DNA of 64,000 nucleotides from an uncultured delta proteobacterium (GCA_963772835.1 CAVYYZ010000002.1:448001-512000), one strand, 5' to 3'; positions 28,343-38,294 are shown, counted from the stretch's first letter. The notes: generated from the letters alone by a model not told the origin. Program-made: numbers and translations.

Positions 28343-29158
28343 CTACATCAATGCATCGATTGCCTGCAACCCTTCCAGAGCTCCGCAGGGGAGCGATATA
28401 TGAGGTGCCGTTATCTCCGCTTCGGAGGGATTGATACGAATGACGGTAGCATACTCGAAGTTCCAACCGATCCGTTCTGATGTAGCCCGAATGGTGGGAA
28501 TGGCGCTGCCGGCACCCATTTCAATCACGGCGATGCGCCGGTTCTTATGAGTGGCCAGAAACCGTTCGAACGCATATTCCTGAGTGCGGGTGCGGTCCGG
28601 AAGCCAGAGCCAGTCGCCGAACATGAGAATATTAGGGCGACTGATCCGGCCGCAATCGGAACAGCGGGGAAGTGGGTGACGGGCCCGCATAGACACTTCT
28701 TCAATCCTGATTATCTCATCATTTTTCCAGATGGAATCGCTGCATGGTTTCTGACACTGTAGCCAGTGAATCGACCCGTGAACTTCCAGAATATGGTCGT
28801 CGGCATAGCCTGCCTTCTGGAACTGGCCGTCAACATTGGAAGTTACTACAAAGTAATCAGCCCCCCTCTCCTTAATCCACTTTCTGATAATATGGAACCC
28901 CTGGTGAGGAATCGTATCCCGGTACAGATTGGTGCGGTGGCCGTAAAAGCCCCAGCCGAAGGAGGGATCATCAGCAAAATGCCGGGGGTTGGCACAGTCG
29001 ACAAAGGAGAGCCTCAGCCGTGCGTACGCAGGATACGCGTTCCAAAATCCACGATCCCCACGAAAGTCCGGCAGGCCTGAATCAACTCCCATCCCCGCCC
29101 CGGCGGTAACAACAAAAACCTCAGCTCCCCTGAGCACCTCAACGGCATCAGGTATCAT
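28343..29158 (-). CDS. Sirtuin (SIR2-family NAD-dependent deacylase)
   Basis: AGAGMGVDSGLPDFRG, TSNVDG, EVHGS, RPNILMF, RIN. Confidence 0.9.
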   Translation of the reverse strand: MIPDAVEVLRGAEVFVVTAGAGMGVDSGLPDFRGDRGFWNAYPAYARLRLSFVDCANPRHFADDPSFGWGFYGHRTNLYRDTIPHQGFHIIRKWIKERGADYFVVTSNVDGQFQKAGYADDHILEVHGSIHWLQCQKPCSDSIWKNDEIIRIEEVSMRARHPLPRCSDCGRISRPNILMFGDWLWLPDRTRTQEYAFERFLATHKNRRIAVIEMGAGSAIPTIRATSERIGWNFEYATVIRINPSEAEITAPHISLPCGALEGLQAIDALM

Positions 29159-29176
29159 ATCGCCTCCAATCCCGGT

Positions 29177-29905
29177 TCAACCTGACCCGGTTGTTCTCTT
29201 GAACGCGGCTACAAAAGCATTGGCCGGATGCGCCATAACTTCATCAGGGGTCCCTTCCTGAATGATTTTCCCGCCATCCATGACCACCAGTCGTTCCACT
29301 ACGTGAAAGGCCTCGATACGATCATGCGTTGCGATTATGGCCGCTGTTCCCGATTCATGCAGAATCTGGCCAAGGTCCTCTGCCAGTACAATCCTGGTCG
29401 GAAGATCAAGACTTGAAAAGGGCTCGTCCATGAGAAGCAGCTCCGGACGGACGGCAAAGGCACGGGCAAGACTGACGCGCTGCGCCTCCCCGCCCGAAAG
29501 CTTGTGGGCTGAACGCCCTGCCAGGTGTCCGATTTTAAAAAGTTCGAGACCGTCACGGGCAATGTCTCTTGCTTCACTGCGTCCGGTTCCTCGTATCCGC
29601 AGGCCTTCAGCAACATTGTCAAGTACCGTCGTATCAAACAGGAGCGGTTCCTGAAAAACGACCGCAATTCTTCGTCTGTACGTAATTTCAGCATCAGGCG
29701 ACACCTCGACTCCGTGAAAACGAATCCTGCCGCTCGCTCGTTCGATTAAACAGGCAAGGCCAAGCAGCAGACTTGATTTGCCCGCACCGTTCGGTCCGAC
29801 TATGCCGACCTTTTCCTCGGCGTCCATCGAAAAGTACGGCAGCTCAAGAACCTGCACGCCGCCGCGCCGGATGCGGAGATCATTGACCTCAAGAAGAATA
29901 CTCAT
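29177..29905 (-). CDS. tupC: ABC ATPase, probably tungstate transporter TupC
   Basis: GPNGAGKS, LSGGEAQR, DEPF; coupled to a TupB-like permease. Confidence 0.78.
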   Translation of the reverse strand: MSILLEVNDLRIRRGGVQVLELPYFSMDAEEKVGIVGPNGAGKSSLLLGLACLIERASGRIRFHGVEVSPDAEITYRRRIAVVFQEPLLFDTTVLDNVAEGLRIRGTGRSEARDIARDGLELFKIGHLAGRSAHKLSGGEAQRVSLARAFAVRPELLLMDEPFSSLDLPTRIVLAEDLGQILHESGTAAIIATHDRIEAFHVVERLVVMDGGKIIQEGTPDEVMAHPANAFVAAFKRTTGSG

Positions 29906-30600
29906 CGCGGCCTCTCCCGCTGCTGAATAACCGTCAACAGATAATTGACTCCGAAGGCAAGAGTCAGCAGGATCAGCGACAGTGCGATTGCCATGTCGAA
30001 ATTCCCCTTACCGGTTTCCATAACGGTAGCCGTGGTCAGCACCCGAGTCTGCCCCTTGATATTACCCCCCACCATAATCGAGGCCCCCACCTCGGAAATG
30101 ACACCTCCGAACCCGGCCATGACGGCAGCAAGCAGTGGTAGACGAGCTTCACGTACCAGTATCCATACCGTCTGAATCCTGGTAGCTCCCAGAGCTCGCA
30201 CCTGAAGTTTGAGATTGGCAGGCAGGTTCTGTATCGAGGCAATGGTAATGCCGGTCACTATCGGTGTGGCTATCACCGCCTGGGCGAGAATCATGGCTGT
30301 TGGAGTGTAGAGGATTTCCAGAAAACCGAGCGGCCCGCTGCGCCAGAGGAAGAGCGTAATAAACAGTCCGACAACAACCGGCGGCAACCCCATGCCGGTG
30401 TTGACCAGGCTTATAAAAAAACGCCGGCCGGGGAAATCTGACAACGCCAGAAATACTCCAGCCGGGATTCCCGTACAGAGGCTGACAAACGTAGCGCTGC
30501 AGGAAATCCCCAGAGAAAGGAGTGTCACAGTCAGCACATCCCGATCAAGTGAGAATATCAGCGACAGTGCCGTGCGGATTCCATCGATAATAAGTTCCAT
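29902..30600 (-). CDS. tupB: Tungstate ABC permease
   Basis: NTGMGLPPVVVGL, GPLG, ISEVGA..VGGNI...TRVLTT. Confidence 0.85.
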   Translation of the reverse strand: MELIIDGIRTALSLIFSLDRDVLTVTLLSLGISCSATFVSLCTGIPAGVFLALSDFPGRRFFISLVNTGMGLPPVVVGLFITLFLWRSGPLGFLEILYTPTAMILAQAVIATPIVTGITIASIQNLPANLKLQVRALGATRIQTVWILVREARLPLLAAVMAGFGGVISEVGASIMVGGNIKGQTRVLTTATVMETGKGNFDMAIALSLILLTLAFGVNYLLTVIQQRERPR

Positions 30601-30696
30601 CCAATCACCAGTTGATTACAGGTTTTTACCGTTACCCGGCATGCAGCGTGCGAATGTTTTTCCGTAGGTGTCCGTACGTGAATCTGAAAAAAGAAC

Positions 30697-30725
30697 AAAA
30701 AAACCCTTTTCTTGGCAGAAAAGGG
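30697..30725 (-). terminator. Leader intrinsic terminator of tupBC
   Basis: Minus: CCCTTTTCT-GCCA-AGAAAAGGG-TTTTTTT. Confidence 0.8.
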
Positions 30726-30759
30726 ACGCGGACAAACCACCTGAAGTGGCACGTCATAC

Positions 30760-30870
30760 ACTGGGTCCCCTTTTCGAAAGGAGGGCGGCGCTGTTTCCGG
30801 CGACACCCGCAGGTTGCAGGCCATGAGGATTTTTACCCGGTAGACGTGTGCAACTCGGAGAGTGGTGATT
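30760..30870 (-). promoter_or_regulatory. Moco/Tuco RNA motif (molybdenum/tungsten cofactor riboswitch candidate)
   Basis: Minus: CTCCGAG...ATGG...GGGT...GGAAAC...GCCCTCC...GAAAAGGGG, upstream of a tungstate transporter. Confidence 0.75.
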
Positions 30871-31050
30871 TCGGGGCACTATAGCTTCAAGAGTGCGAAG
30901 TGGCAAGCTATAATAAATATCTGAAAAACAGTTTTTCAACAGTAACACGTTTTTTATATTTAAGTGATTGACTCCTTATTTTCACTCTTGTATTTTATTC
31001 GTGCCACTAATTATTGATTCGTACTTTACCAATAAAGGCAGTTGTTATTT

Positions 31051-32115
31051 ATGCATATGGCTGATGCACTACTATCACCGACGGTCGGCGGGGCGATGTG
31101 GACCATTACCGCCTTCACCATCGCTTACTGCTCCAAAAAAGTTCGCAGCGAGATGGATGACCGCAAAATCCCTCTTATGGGAGTCTTGGGTGCGTTTATC
31201 TTTGCCGCACAGATGATCAATTTCACTATCCCGGTTACCGGTTCCAGCGGCCATCTCGGTGGGGGGTTGATACTCTCCATCCTTCTCGGACCGTACGCAG
31301 CCTTTCTAACCATAGCATCGGTACTGGTGGTTCAGGCGCTCTTTTTTGCTGACGGCGGACTTCTGGCACTGGGATGCAATATTTTCAATCTCGGATTTTT
31401 CCCTGCATTTGTCGCCTATCCTTTTATTTACCGGAAGATCAGCGGTAGCACTCCGTCTCCGGCCAGAATATCATTTGCGGCTATGGCCGCTGCCGTCATC
31501 GGCTTACAGCTGGGTGCCTTCGGAGTCGTTGTGGAAACTTTTGCGTCCGGAATTTCCTCGCTCCCTTTCGCAACCTTTGCCGGAATCATGCAACCTATCC
31601 ATCTCGCAATCGGAATGGTTGAAGGCCTGGTGACAGCCTCCGTAATCTCTTTTGTCTACAAGGCAAAACCGGAAATCCTTCAAAGCCCCGTGAATGAAGA
31701 TCCGACAGATGCTCACCCGTTTAGAAATGTCATTCTGATCTTCCTGGCACTGGCCGTTCTTTGCGGCGGCGTTTTGGCCTGGTTTGCATCAACGCTTCCA
31801 GACGGGCTCGAATGGTCAATCAGCAAAGCCGGCGGCCTGAAGGAGCTAAAGGATTCCGGGCAGAAATCGCACGGCACATTGGCGACGTTTCAGAAAAAGC
31901 TTTCTTTCCTGCCGGATTACTCTTTCAAAAAATCTTCTGAAGAGATGAAAAGCGAGCCCCTCCCCGCTGATAGTCAGACGCAAAAACAGGAGGTGGCAAA
32001 AACCGGGGGAAGCAGACTCGCCACCACTGTTTCAGGAATGGTTGGCGGCACGTTGACCCTGGGACTTTCGCTTATTATCGCATTCTTCATAAAACGCAGA
32101 TCCCGAAAGGCTTAA
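31051..32115 (+). CDS. ECF Ni/Co S-component fusion (NikMN-type, CbiM + PDGLE domain)
   Basis: N-terminus MHMAD, GSSGH, ADGG, PDGLEW. Confidence 0.87.
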   Translation: MHMADALLSPTVGGAMWTITAFTIAYCSKKVRSEMDDRKIPLMGVLGAFIFAAQMINFTIPVTGSSGHLGGGLILSILLGPYAAFLTIASVLVVQALFFADGGLLALGCNIFNLGFFPAFVAYPFIYRKISGSTPSPARISFAAMAAAVIGLQLGAFGVVVETFASGISSLPFATFAGIMQPIHLAIGMVEGLVTASVISFVYKAKPEILQSPVNEDPTDAHPFRNVILIFLALAVLCGGVLAWFASTLPDGLEWSISKAGGLKELKDSGQKSHGTLATFQKKLSFLPDYSFKKSSEEMKSEPLPADSQTQKQEVAKTGGSRLATTVSGMVGGTLTLGLSLIIAFFIKRRSRKA

Positions 32116-32228
32116 ACCGATACAAAAAAGAGATATACCGTTAATTTTTAACAAGGATCATCCTTGACATAATTGTTGAGTGCGTGGTATTCAAGCAACG
32201 TAACTGTGTGTTGAGGCTGTATGAAAAT

Positions 32229-32515
32229 TGAATAACGAATCAGGGTGCCCACACGGGCTTTAAAGGGAAGAGGGGTGAAATCCAAATTCCAGGACGGGGA
32301 TACAATCAGTGTGGCAGGAATTGAGGCAACGAGGCGTGCGGAATCAAGCGTTGAGGAACCGAAATCAGGCCGGCGGAGATAGCCCCTCACTTGGAATTTA
32401 GAAGAGTCCCCCGCGGACCCGCCGCTGTAAGCGAGGACGAAGGGCATAATGCCACTGGTTGAAAGACCGGGAAGGCGCCTGGAGGGTGAATCGCAAGCCA
32501 GAAGACCTGCCATGA
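32229..32515 (+). promoter_or_regulatory. Cobalamin riboswitch (contains a palindromic insertion)
   Basis: GGTG..AAAGGGAA..GGTGAAA; CCCGCCGCTGTAA; GCCACTG..GGGAAGG; B12 box AGCCAGAAGACCTGCC; upstream of cbiM. Confidence 0.9.
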
Positions 32516-32582
32516 TTCTTACCACTCTGCATTTCCCGGGGGACCGGGGGAGTGAAATACGCGTAATGAGACTTTGAATACG

Positions 32583-32622
32583 AAAAGTCCGCATGCTGCT
32601 CTCGCAGGTGCGGACTTTTTTT
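32583..32622 (+). terminator. Riboswitch expression-platform terminator
   Basis: AAAAGTCCGCA...TGCGGACTTTTTTT before the cbiM RBS. Confidence 0.85.
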
Positions 32623-32664
32623 GTTTGTTGCCACAAACCGGGACACCCCGGCTGGAGACTGAAG

Positions 32665-33342
32665 ATGCACATCATGGAAGGTTTTTTACCGGTGAAACAT
32701 GCCATAGGTTGGAGCGTTGCCTCTGCTCCTTTTATAGGCTACGGACTCCACTCAATTAACAGACGGATCAAGGAACATCCGGAGCAGCGTATGCTGCTGG
32801 GAGTTGCTGCTGCTTTCACATTTGTCCTTTCTGCTCTGAAACTCCCCTCAGTAACCGGGAGTTGTTCTCACCCCACCGGCACGGGACTCGGGGCCATACT
32901 GTTCGGGCCTTCAGCAATGGCTCCTATCGGAGCGGTGGTACTGCTGTTCCAGGCTATTCTACTTGCTCATGGAGGCATAACCACACTTGGGGCCAATATT
33001 TGCTCGATGGCGGTTGTGGGACCTTTTGCCGCTGCAGCTATTTACCGGTTTGCCAGATTTGCGAGACTCCCCTTTGGGTTTTCAATCTTTCTCGCAGCAT
33101 CGTGTGCAGACCTTCTTACCTATATCACCACGTCGGCACAGTTGGCATATGCTTTTCCCGACCCCGCAGGCGGCTTTGCTGTCTCTTTTGTAAAATTTGC
33201 ATCCGTTTTTGCCATAACTCAGATTCCGCTGGCAATCAGCGAAGGGCTGCTGACAGTTGTGGTTATGAATGCCCTGTCTCGTTTCAATGCACAGGAACTG
33301 AAAGAGATGGACGTAGTAACCGCTCAGGAGGTGCAGGTATGA
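32665..33342 (+). CDS. cbiM: Cobalt ECF S-component
   Basis: [29 protein letters not shown]. Confidence 0.95.
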   Translation: MHIMEGFLPVKHAIGWSVASAPFIGYGLHSINRRIKEHPEQRMLLGVAAAFTFVLSALKLPSVTGSCSHPTGTGLGAILFGPSAMAPIGAVVLLFQAILLAHGGITTLGANICSMAVVGPFAAAAIYRFARFARLPFGFSIFLAASCADLLTYITTSAQLAYAFPDPAGGFAVSFVKFASVFAITQIPLAISEGLLTVVVMNALSRFNAQELKEMDVVTAQEVQV

Positions 33343-33674
33343 AGCGGTATCAAAACCTCTTGATGATAATCGGCGTGATTTTCTTGATTGCACTGCCGCT
33401 CTGGATGGTGAAAAGGCCCGTTGCGGGACCCGACGGCAAAAACGTAGAAATATTCAGGGGGGCCGACGATCAGGCTAAAGATCTCATCAGCAAGATCGAT
33501 CCCGGATATAAGCCCTGGTTCAAGCCCTTGATGGAACCACCAAGCGGTGAGGTCGGTTCCCTGCTTTTTGCCCTCCAGGCTGCACTTGGTGCCGGTTTCA
33601 TCGGCTATTATCTGGGAGTGTCAACCACCCGTGCCCGAATGCGTCGTGAGAATCATACGGAAGCCCGGTGCTGA
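33339..33674 (+). CDS. cbiN: Cobalt transport protein
   Basis: [39 protein letters not shown] overlap. Confidence 0.92.
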   Translation: MKRYQNLLMIIGVIFLIALPLWMVKRPVAGPDGKNVEIFRGADDQAKDLISKIDPGYKPWFKPLMEPPSGEVGSLLFALQAALGAGFIGYYLGVSTTRARMRRENHTEARC

Positions 33675-34414
33675 CGGAACAGTGTGCCTATACAAACCGC
33701 TGGCGGCAGGTATCACCCGTCGCAAAAGGGTGTTTCTCCCTCTGCGGCATTGTTGCCGCCTTTGCTGCGGGCTCCCCCCGGACAGCTCTGTCAATTGCTT
33801 TCGTTCTGGCGTCAGTTTCGATTATCGGCGCCGGCATCCCCCTCAACCGTTACCTTCGGATAGCCGCTCCTCCGCTCCTCTTTCTACTGGCAAGTATTCT
33901 GTCACTGGTTATTTCGTTTGATCCGGTAACTTTGGGTGAAGGGTTCTCCCTCCACCTGGCCGTTTCGGAACTCCCCCGCATTGCCCAGGTCAGCAGTCGT
34001 TCACTTGCATGCCTGACGGCACTGCTGTTTCTTGCTTTAACCACCCCGCTCTCGGATATCATCTCTCTGTTGCGGCGATGCAGGCTTCCGGATACCCTGC
34101 TCGATCTGATGACTCTCTGCTACCGGACTCTCTTTGTATTGTCTGAAGCGATTCATGATACTATTACCGCTCAGTCTGCCCGTCTCGGGTATACTACACT
34201 GTCCATATCCATGCGTTCGCTCGGCGGTCTCATTACCAACCTGATCATCCAGGTCTGGCAGCGAAGCCTCGCACTTCATACAGCCGCCCTGGCACGCAAC
34301 AACGACGGTGCTCTCCGTTTTCTCGATAACCGCCATACCAACTCACGAAAGGACATATCCATTGCTGCGGCGGCAGGAGTGTTGCTCGTTATCCTGACAC
34401 GTATTTTGCCATGA
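33668..34414 (+). CDS. cbiQ: ECF transmembrane component
   Basis: Multi-TM, LTTP, AQSARLG, ALARN. Confidence 0.9.
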   Translation: MLTEQCAYTNRWRQVSPVAKGCFSLCGIVAAFAAGSPRTALSIAFVLASVSIIGAGIPLNRYLRIAAPPLLFLLASILSLVISFDPVTLGEGFSLHLAVSELPRIAQVSSRSLACLTALLFLALTTPLSDIISLLRRCRLPDTLLDLMTLCYRTLFVLSEAIHDTITAQSARLGYTTLSISMRSLGGLITNLIIQVWQRSLALHTAALARNNDGALRFLDNRHTNSRKDISIAAAAGVLLVILTRILP

Positions 34415-35268
34415 CCGATTCAATCCTGACATTGAAGGATGTCTCCTATCGCTATCCTGACGGAACAAGCGCACTTAACAGCTGTTCCCTTTCGATCCGC
34501 CGCAGTTCGCGCACCGCCGTTCTCGGTGCCAACGGCGCCGGAAAAACCACTATGTTTCTCCATCTGAATGGCATCCTGCGCCCCTCTGCCGGCCAGGTAT
34601 GCCGGGAGGGAATTCCGCTTGATTACAGTCGCACAGGCATGCGGAAGCTGCGCAGTCTGGTCGGGCTTGTCTTCCAGAACCCGGATAACCAGCTGTTTTC
34701 GGCCAGTGTGCGTGAAGATGTCTCCTTCGGACCGATGAATATGAGACTTGAAGAAGCAGAAGTGCGGCAACGGGTTGAAGAGGCGTTGCTGGCGGTAGGT
34801 ATGTCGGCCTCTGCAGACAGGCCGGTCCACAACCTGAGTTACGGGCAGAAAAAGCGCATCTGTATCGCCGGCGTACTTGCCATGCGGCCCGAAATACTTG
34901 TACTTGACGAACCGATGGCAGGACTTGACACCGCAATGCAGGAAGAACTTGCAACCATCCTCGAACAACAGCATGCAGCAGGTATGACGACTGTTATTGC
35001 AACTCATGACCTTGATTTTGCCTATGGTTGGGCGGATGACGTTGTTGTACTGAAGTCGGGACGACTTCTCGCTCACGGTTCTCCGGCGGAGATACTGCTG
35101 CGTGAGGATGTGCGGCAGGCGCTTGGCGCAACTCCATTGGTGGCAGAAATTACCCGTTCACTTTCCTTGATTGGTATCGATCTTCGTGATAATGGGTATC
35201 TACCACGCAGTAAAATCGAATTACTGCAGGCAATCAACGCACAGAACAGACGGGAGAACGTCCAATGA
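34411..35268 (+). CDS. cbiO: ECF ATPase
   Basis: GANGAGKT, FQNPDNQLF, LSYGQKKR, DEP. Confidence 0.92.
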   Translation: MTDSILTLKDVSYRYPDGTSALNSCSLSIRRSSRTAVLGANGAGKTTMFLHLNGILRPSAGQVCREGIPLDYSRTGMRKLRSLVGLVFQNPDNQLFSASVREDVSFGPMNMRLEEAEVRQRVEEALLAVGMSASADRPVHNLSYGQKKRICIAGVLAMRPEILVLDEPMAGLDTAMQEELATILEQQHAAGMTTVIATHDLDFAYGWADDVVVLKSGRLLAHGSPAEILLREDVRQALGATPLVAEITRSLSLIGIDLRDNGYLPRSKIELLQAINAQNRRENVQ

Positions 35269-36260
35269 TCATTGTAACCGGAGGGGCTGGACTGATCGGC
35301 AGTGCCGTAGTTCAGCATTTAAACGCACGAGGCAGGGAAGATATCCTTATCGTCGACCATCTGGGGCACACAGACAAATGGCGTAACCTGTCTCCGCTCC
35401 GCTTCATGGATTACCTGGAGAAAGATACGTTCGAACGAATACTGGATGACGGGAAACTGGCCGAACGCCTCCCTGGCGGCGAAACTCTTGACGCGGTCAT
35501 ACACCTGGGTGCATGTTCCGCCACTACCGAACCTGATGCCACGTACCTGATCAGAAATAATTTTGAATATTCCCGCAAGCTGGCCCTGATCGCCCTGGCA
35601 GCCGGCGCCCGTTTTATCTATGCGTCCAGCGCCGCCACGTACGGAGACGGTGAGTACGGCTTTGTCGATGATGAAAGCCAAATGGCGCTTCTCCGTCCGA
35701 TGAACATGTACGGATACTCAAAACATCTCTTCGACCTCTGGGCGCTGCGCCGGGGAATCCTTGACAAAATTGTCGGTATAAAATATTTCAACGTCTACGG
35801 CCCCAATGAACAGCACAAAGGGGACATGCGCTCCCTCGTACTCAAGGCATATGAGCAGATCGGTGCCACCGGTGCTCTCCGGCTGTTCAAGTCACATCGC
35901 CCGGAATACGGTGACGGCGAACAGCTGCGCGACTTTGTCTATGTCAAAGATGCCGCGGCCATGACCCTCCACTTTCTCCAGAACAGCGGCACAAACGGGA
36001 TTTTCAACGTTGGCGGCGGCACAACCGTCAGCTGGAACCGGCTGGCCCTCGCCGTCTTCAGCGCCATGGAGAAACCGGTTAACATCGAGTATATTGATAT
36101 GCCGGAATCGATTCGAGGCACTTACCAGTACATGACCTGTGCCGACACCGTCAAGATCCGTGCAGCCGGCTATCTGGAACCGGTTGTTCCCGTTGAAGAA
36201 GCGGTCGCCGATTACATCCGGAACTATCTCGTCCCGGCAAAAAGACTGGGAGACTTATAA
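35265..36260 (+). CDS. hldD: ADP-L-glycero-D-manno-heptose 6-epimerase
   Basis: MIIVTGGAGLIGS, GACSATTE, YASSAATYG, YGYSK, YFNVYG..E.HKG.M. Confidence 0.94.
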   Translation: MIIVTGGAGLIGSAVVQHLNARGREDILIVDHLGHTDKWRNLSPLRFMDYLEKDTFERILDDGKLAERLPGGETLDAVIHLGACSATTEPDATYLIRNNFEYSRKLALIALAAGARFIYASSAATYGDGEYGFVDDESQMALLRPMNMYGYSKHLFDLWALRRGILDKIVGIKYFNVYGPNEQHKGDMRSLVLKAYEQIGATGALRLFKSHRPEYGDGEQLRDFVYVKDAAAMTLHFLQNSGTNGIFNVGGGTTVSWNRLALAVFSAMEKPVNIEYIDMPESIRGTYQYMTCADTVKIRAAGYLEPVVPVEEAVADYIRNYLVPAKRLGDL

Positions 36261-36349
36261 CGATACTGCTGTGGGCTGCCTGCATATCCTGACCCGCATT
36301 TTTTCATTTTTCTCTGTTTGAACCCAATTTCACATTTGACAGGTATCCC

Positions 36350-37297
36350 ATGTCCCTCGCAGAGCAGGTATTAGATGGAAACATTCGCGCCGCCGCACGG
36401 TTGATGCGCGACATCGACGATGGCCGAACCCAGGCTGTTGAAGAGCTGAAGCGGCTCTACTCTCAAACAGGCAACGCCTTCATTATAGGCATCACCGGCC
36501 CTCCTGGGGCCGGCAAATCGACACTTGTTGATCAACTGACTACATCGTTTCGCGGACGTGGAAAAAAAGTTGGAGTTGTCGCAATCGATCCCACCAGCCC
36601 CTTTACCGGCGGTGCGATTCTGGGCGACCGCATCCGCATGAATCGTCATTCCTGCGATGAAGGGGTTTTCATCCGCAGCTTGGCTACTCGAGGAGCCCTC
36701 GGGGGACTTTCCCGCTCAACGTCAGATGTCGCTCTGGTGATGGATGCCCTCGGAATGGATATTATTATTATTGAAACGGTCGGAGTCGGGCAGGATGAAG
36801 TTGACATCGTCAAGGAAGCTCATACAACCTGTGTCGTTATGGTGCCCGGACTCGGTGATGACATTCAGGCCATCAAAGCCGGGATCCTTGAAATCGGTGA
36901 TATTTTTGTCGTCAACAAAGCCGACCGGGAAGGGGCGGACCGGACGACCAGAGAGTTGAAGACCATGCTGGAAATGCGCCATCCTGTGGAAGGAAATTGG
37001 AATCCAAAGGTTATGAAAACTGAAGCACAGCGAGGTGCCGGCATAGAAGAGCTGACAGATGAAATTTTGTTACACCGCGATTTTTTCTTGTCAGGCGATG
37101 CTGTTAACGGTTTTATACAGGATCGAAACCAGCGCCATTTCATGAGTATCCTGCGCGACACACTGCTCAGAAAAGCACTGTTATTCATGGCAAAAGACAA
37201 TTATCTTGACAGGGTTATTGCAGAGATGAGTGACCATCGCATCGATCCGTATTCAGCGGTAGAGCATATAGTTTCGAAGATGATGCCGGATAATTGA
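36350..37297 (+). CDS. meaB: Acyl-CoA mutase-associated GTPase
   Basis: GITGPPGAGKST, DPTSPFTGGAILGDRIRM, ETVGVGQ, NKAD. Confidence 0.94.
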   Translation: MSLAEQVLDGNIRAAARLMRDIDDGRTQAVEELKRLYSQTGNAFIIGITGPPGAGKSTLVDQLTTSFRGRGKKVGVVAIDPTSPFTGGAILGDRIRMNRHSCDEGVFIRSLATRGALGGLSRSTSDVALVMDALGMDIIIIETVGVGQDEVDIVKEAHTTCVVMVPGLGDDIQAIKAGILEIGDIFVVNKADREGADRTTRELKTMLEMRHPVEGNWNPKVMKTEAQRGAGIEELTDEILLHRDFFLSGDAVNGFIQDRNQRHFMSILRDTLLRKALLFMAKDNYLDRVIAEMSDHRIDPYSAVEHIVSKMMPDN

Positions 37298-37538
37298 AAA
37301 CATTTTTTACACACCGGGCATAGGGACAACAGAGAAGATCTGAGAGCATTCGGTTAAATACAACCATTAATACTCTGCAGTTTTGTGTGATACGTGTTTC
37401 ATGCAATGCTCTGTTTTCTCTGTAACTCGGCACTCTGTGGCCTTCCGTCTGTGGTTTGTCGGTTTAGAAGTTGAATTTTTCCTGAATTGCTCTATACTTT
37501 ATCTAATGAACATCCATATTATTTGACAGGAGCACAAA

Positions 37539-37934
37539 ATGCCACTGACCGGAATCGCCCTGATAATTATTGCTGTAGCGCTCTGTGTTCTGGTATTGAC
37601 GATGATCCCGACACTCATAGCGGTCAAACGGACTGCAGTCTCGGTCGGAGAGCTGGCGGGGATGGTTCAGAATGAGTTGAAACCGGCCCTTCAGGAGTTG
37701 ACCGGCGTACTGGCGGAATTGAAGACGGTGAGCGGCGGGATGGCCGAACATACAACTGATGTCAAACGTTTTATGTCGGCTTTGGGGGAGGCAGGTGTTA
37801 ATCTAAGCACAATCAATCGTTCGGTAGGTGTTGTCGCAGGCATTCTCAACACCACTACGGTCTGGGCCACCGGAACCAAAGTGGCGGCAAAATACATGTT
37901 TGAACGGTATCTAAAAAAAAGAGGGGGTATGTAA
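37539..37934 (+). CDS. DUF948-like membrane-anchored protein
   Basis: N-terminal TM, amphipathic helices, adjacent to YtxH; AGGAG RBS. Confidence 0.7.
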   Translation: MPLTGIALIIIAVALCVLVLTMIPTLIAVKRTAVSVGELAGMVQNELKPALQELTGVLAELKTVSGGMAEHTTDVKRFMSALGEAGVNLSTINRSVGVVAGILNTTTVWATGTKVAAKYMFERYLKKRGGM

Positions 37935-37936
37935 TC

Positions 37937-38242
37937 ATGTCTGACAAATGTGAAGTTTCAGCAGGAACTGTATTGGTATCGTTTGTAGCCGGAGCTGCAA
38001 TAGGCGCCGGCCTGGCACTGTTGTACGCACCGAAGAGCGGGCGCGAAATGCGTGAGAACATTCTTGACCTGACGGAAGATGCAGTAGACAAGATCAAAGA
38101 ATACGCCAAGGAAGCTCAGGAAAAAATCAAAACGGCCGTCGAAGATGGCAAGGAAACCTTCGTTGAAAAGAAATCAGTCCTGGCGTCGGCTATTGAAGCC
38201 GGACGGGAAGCGATGCAGAGGGAGCGTACTTCGGCACCGTAA
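37937..38242 (+). CDS. YtxH-domain protein
   Basis: FVAGAAIGAGLALLYAPKSGREMR. Confidence 0.85.
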   Translation: MSDKCEVSAGTVLVSFVAGAAIGAGLALLYAPKSGREMRENILDLTEDAVDKIKEYAKEAQEKIKTAVEDGKETFVEKKSVLASAIEAGREAMQRERTSAP

Positions 38243-38252
38243 CCGGAAGTTC

Positions 38253-38294
38253 ATGTAAAAAAGGAGCCCGCGATGACGGGCTCTTTTTTTACAT
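38253..38294 (+). terminator. Intrinsic terminator
   Basis: AAAAAAGGAGCCCG-loop-CGGGCTCTTTTTTT. Confidence 0.85.

Noticed and set aside
32148..32705. 185-aa minus-strand ORF
   Set aside because: Antisense to the cobalamin riboswitch, with no recognisable protein features
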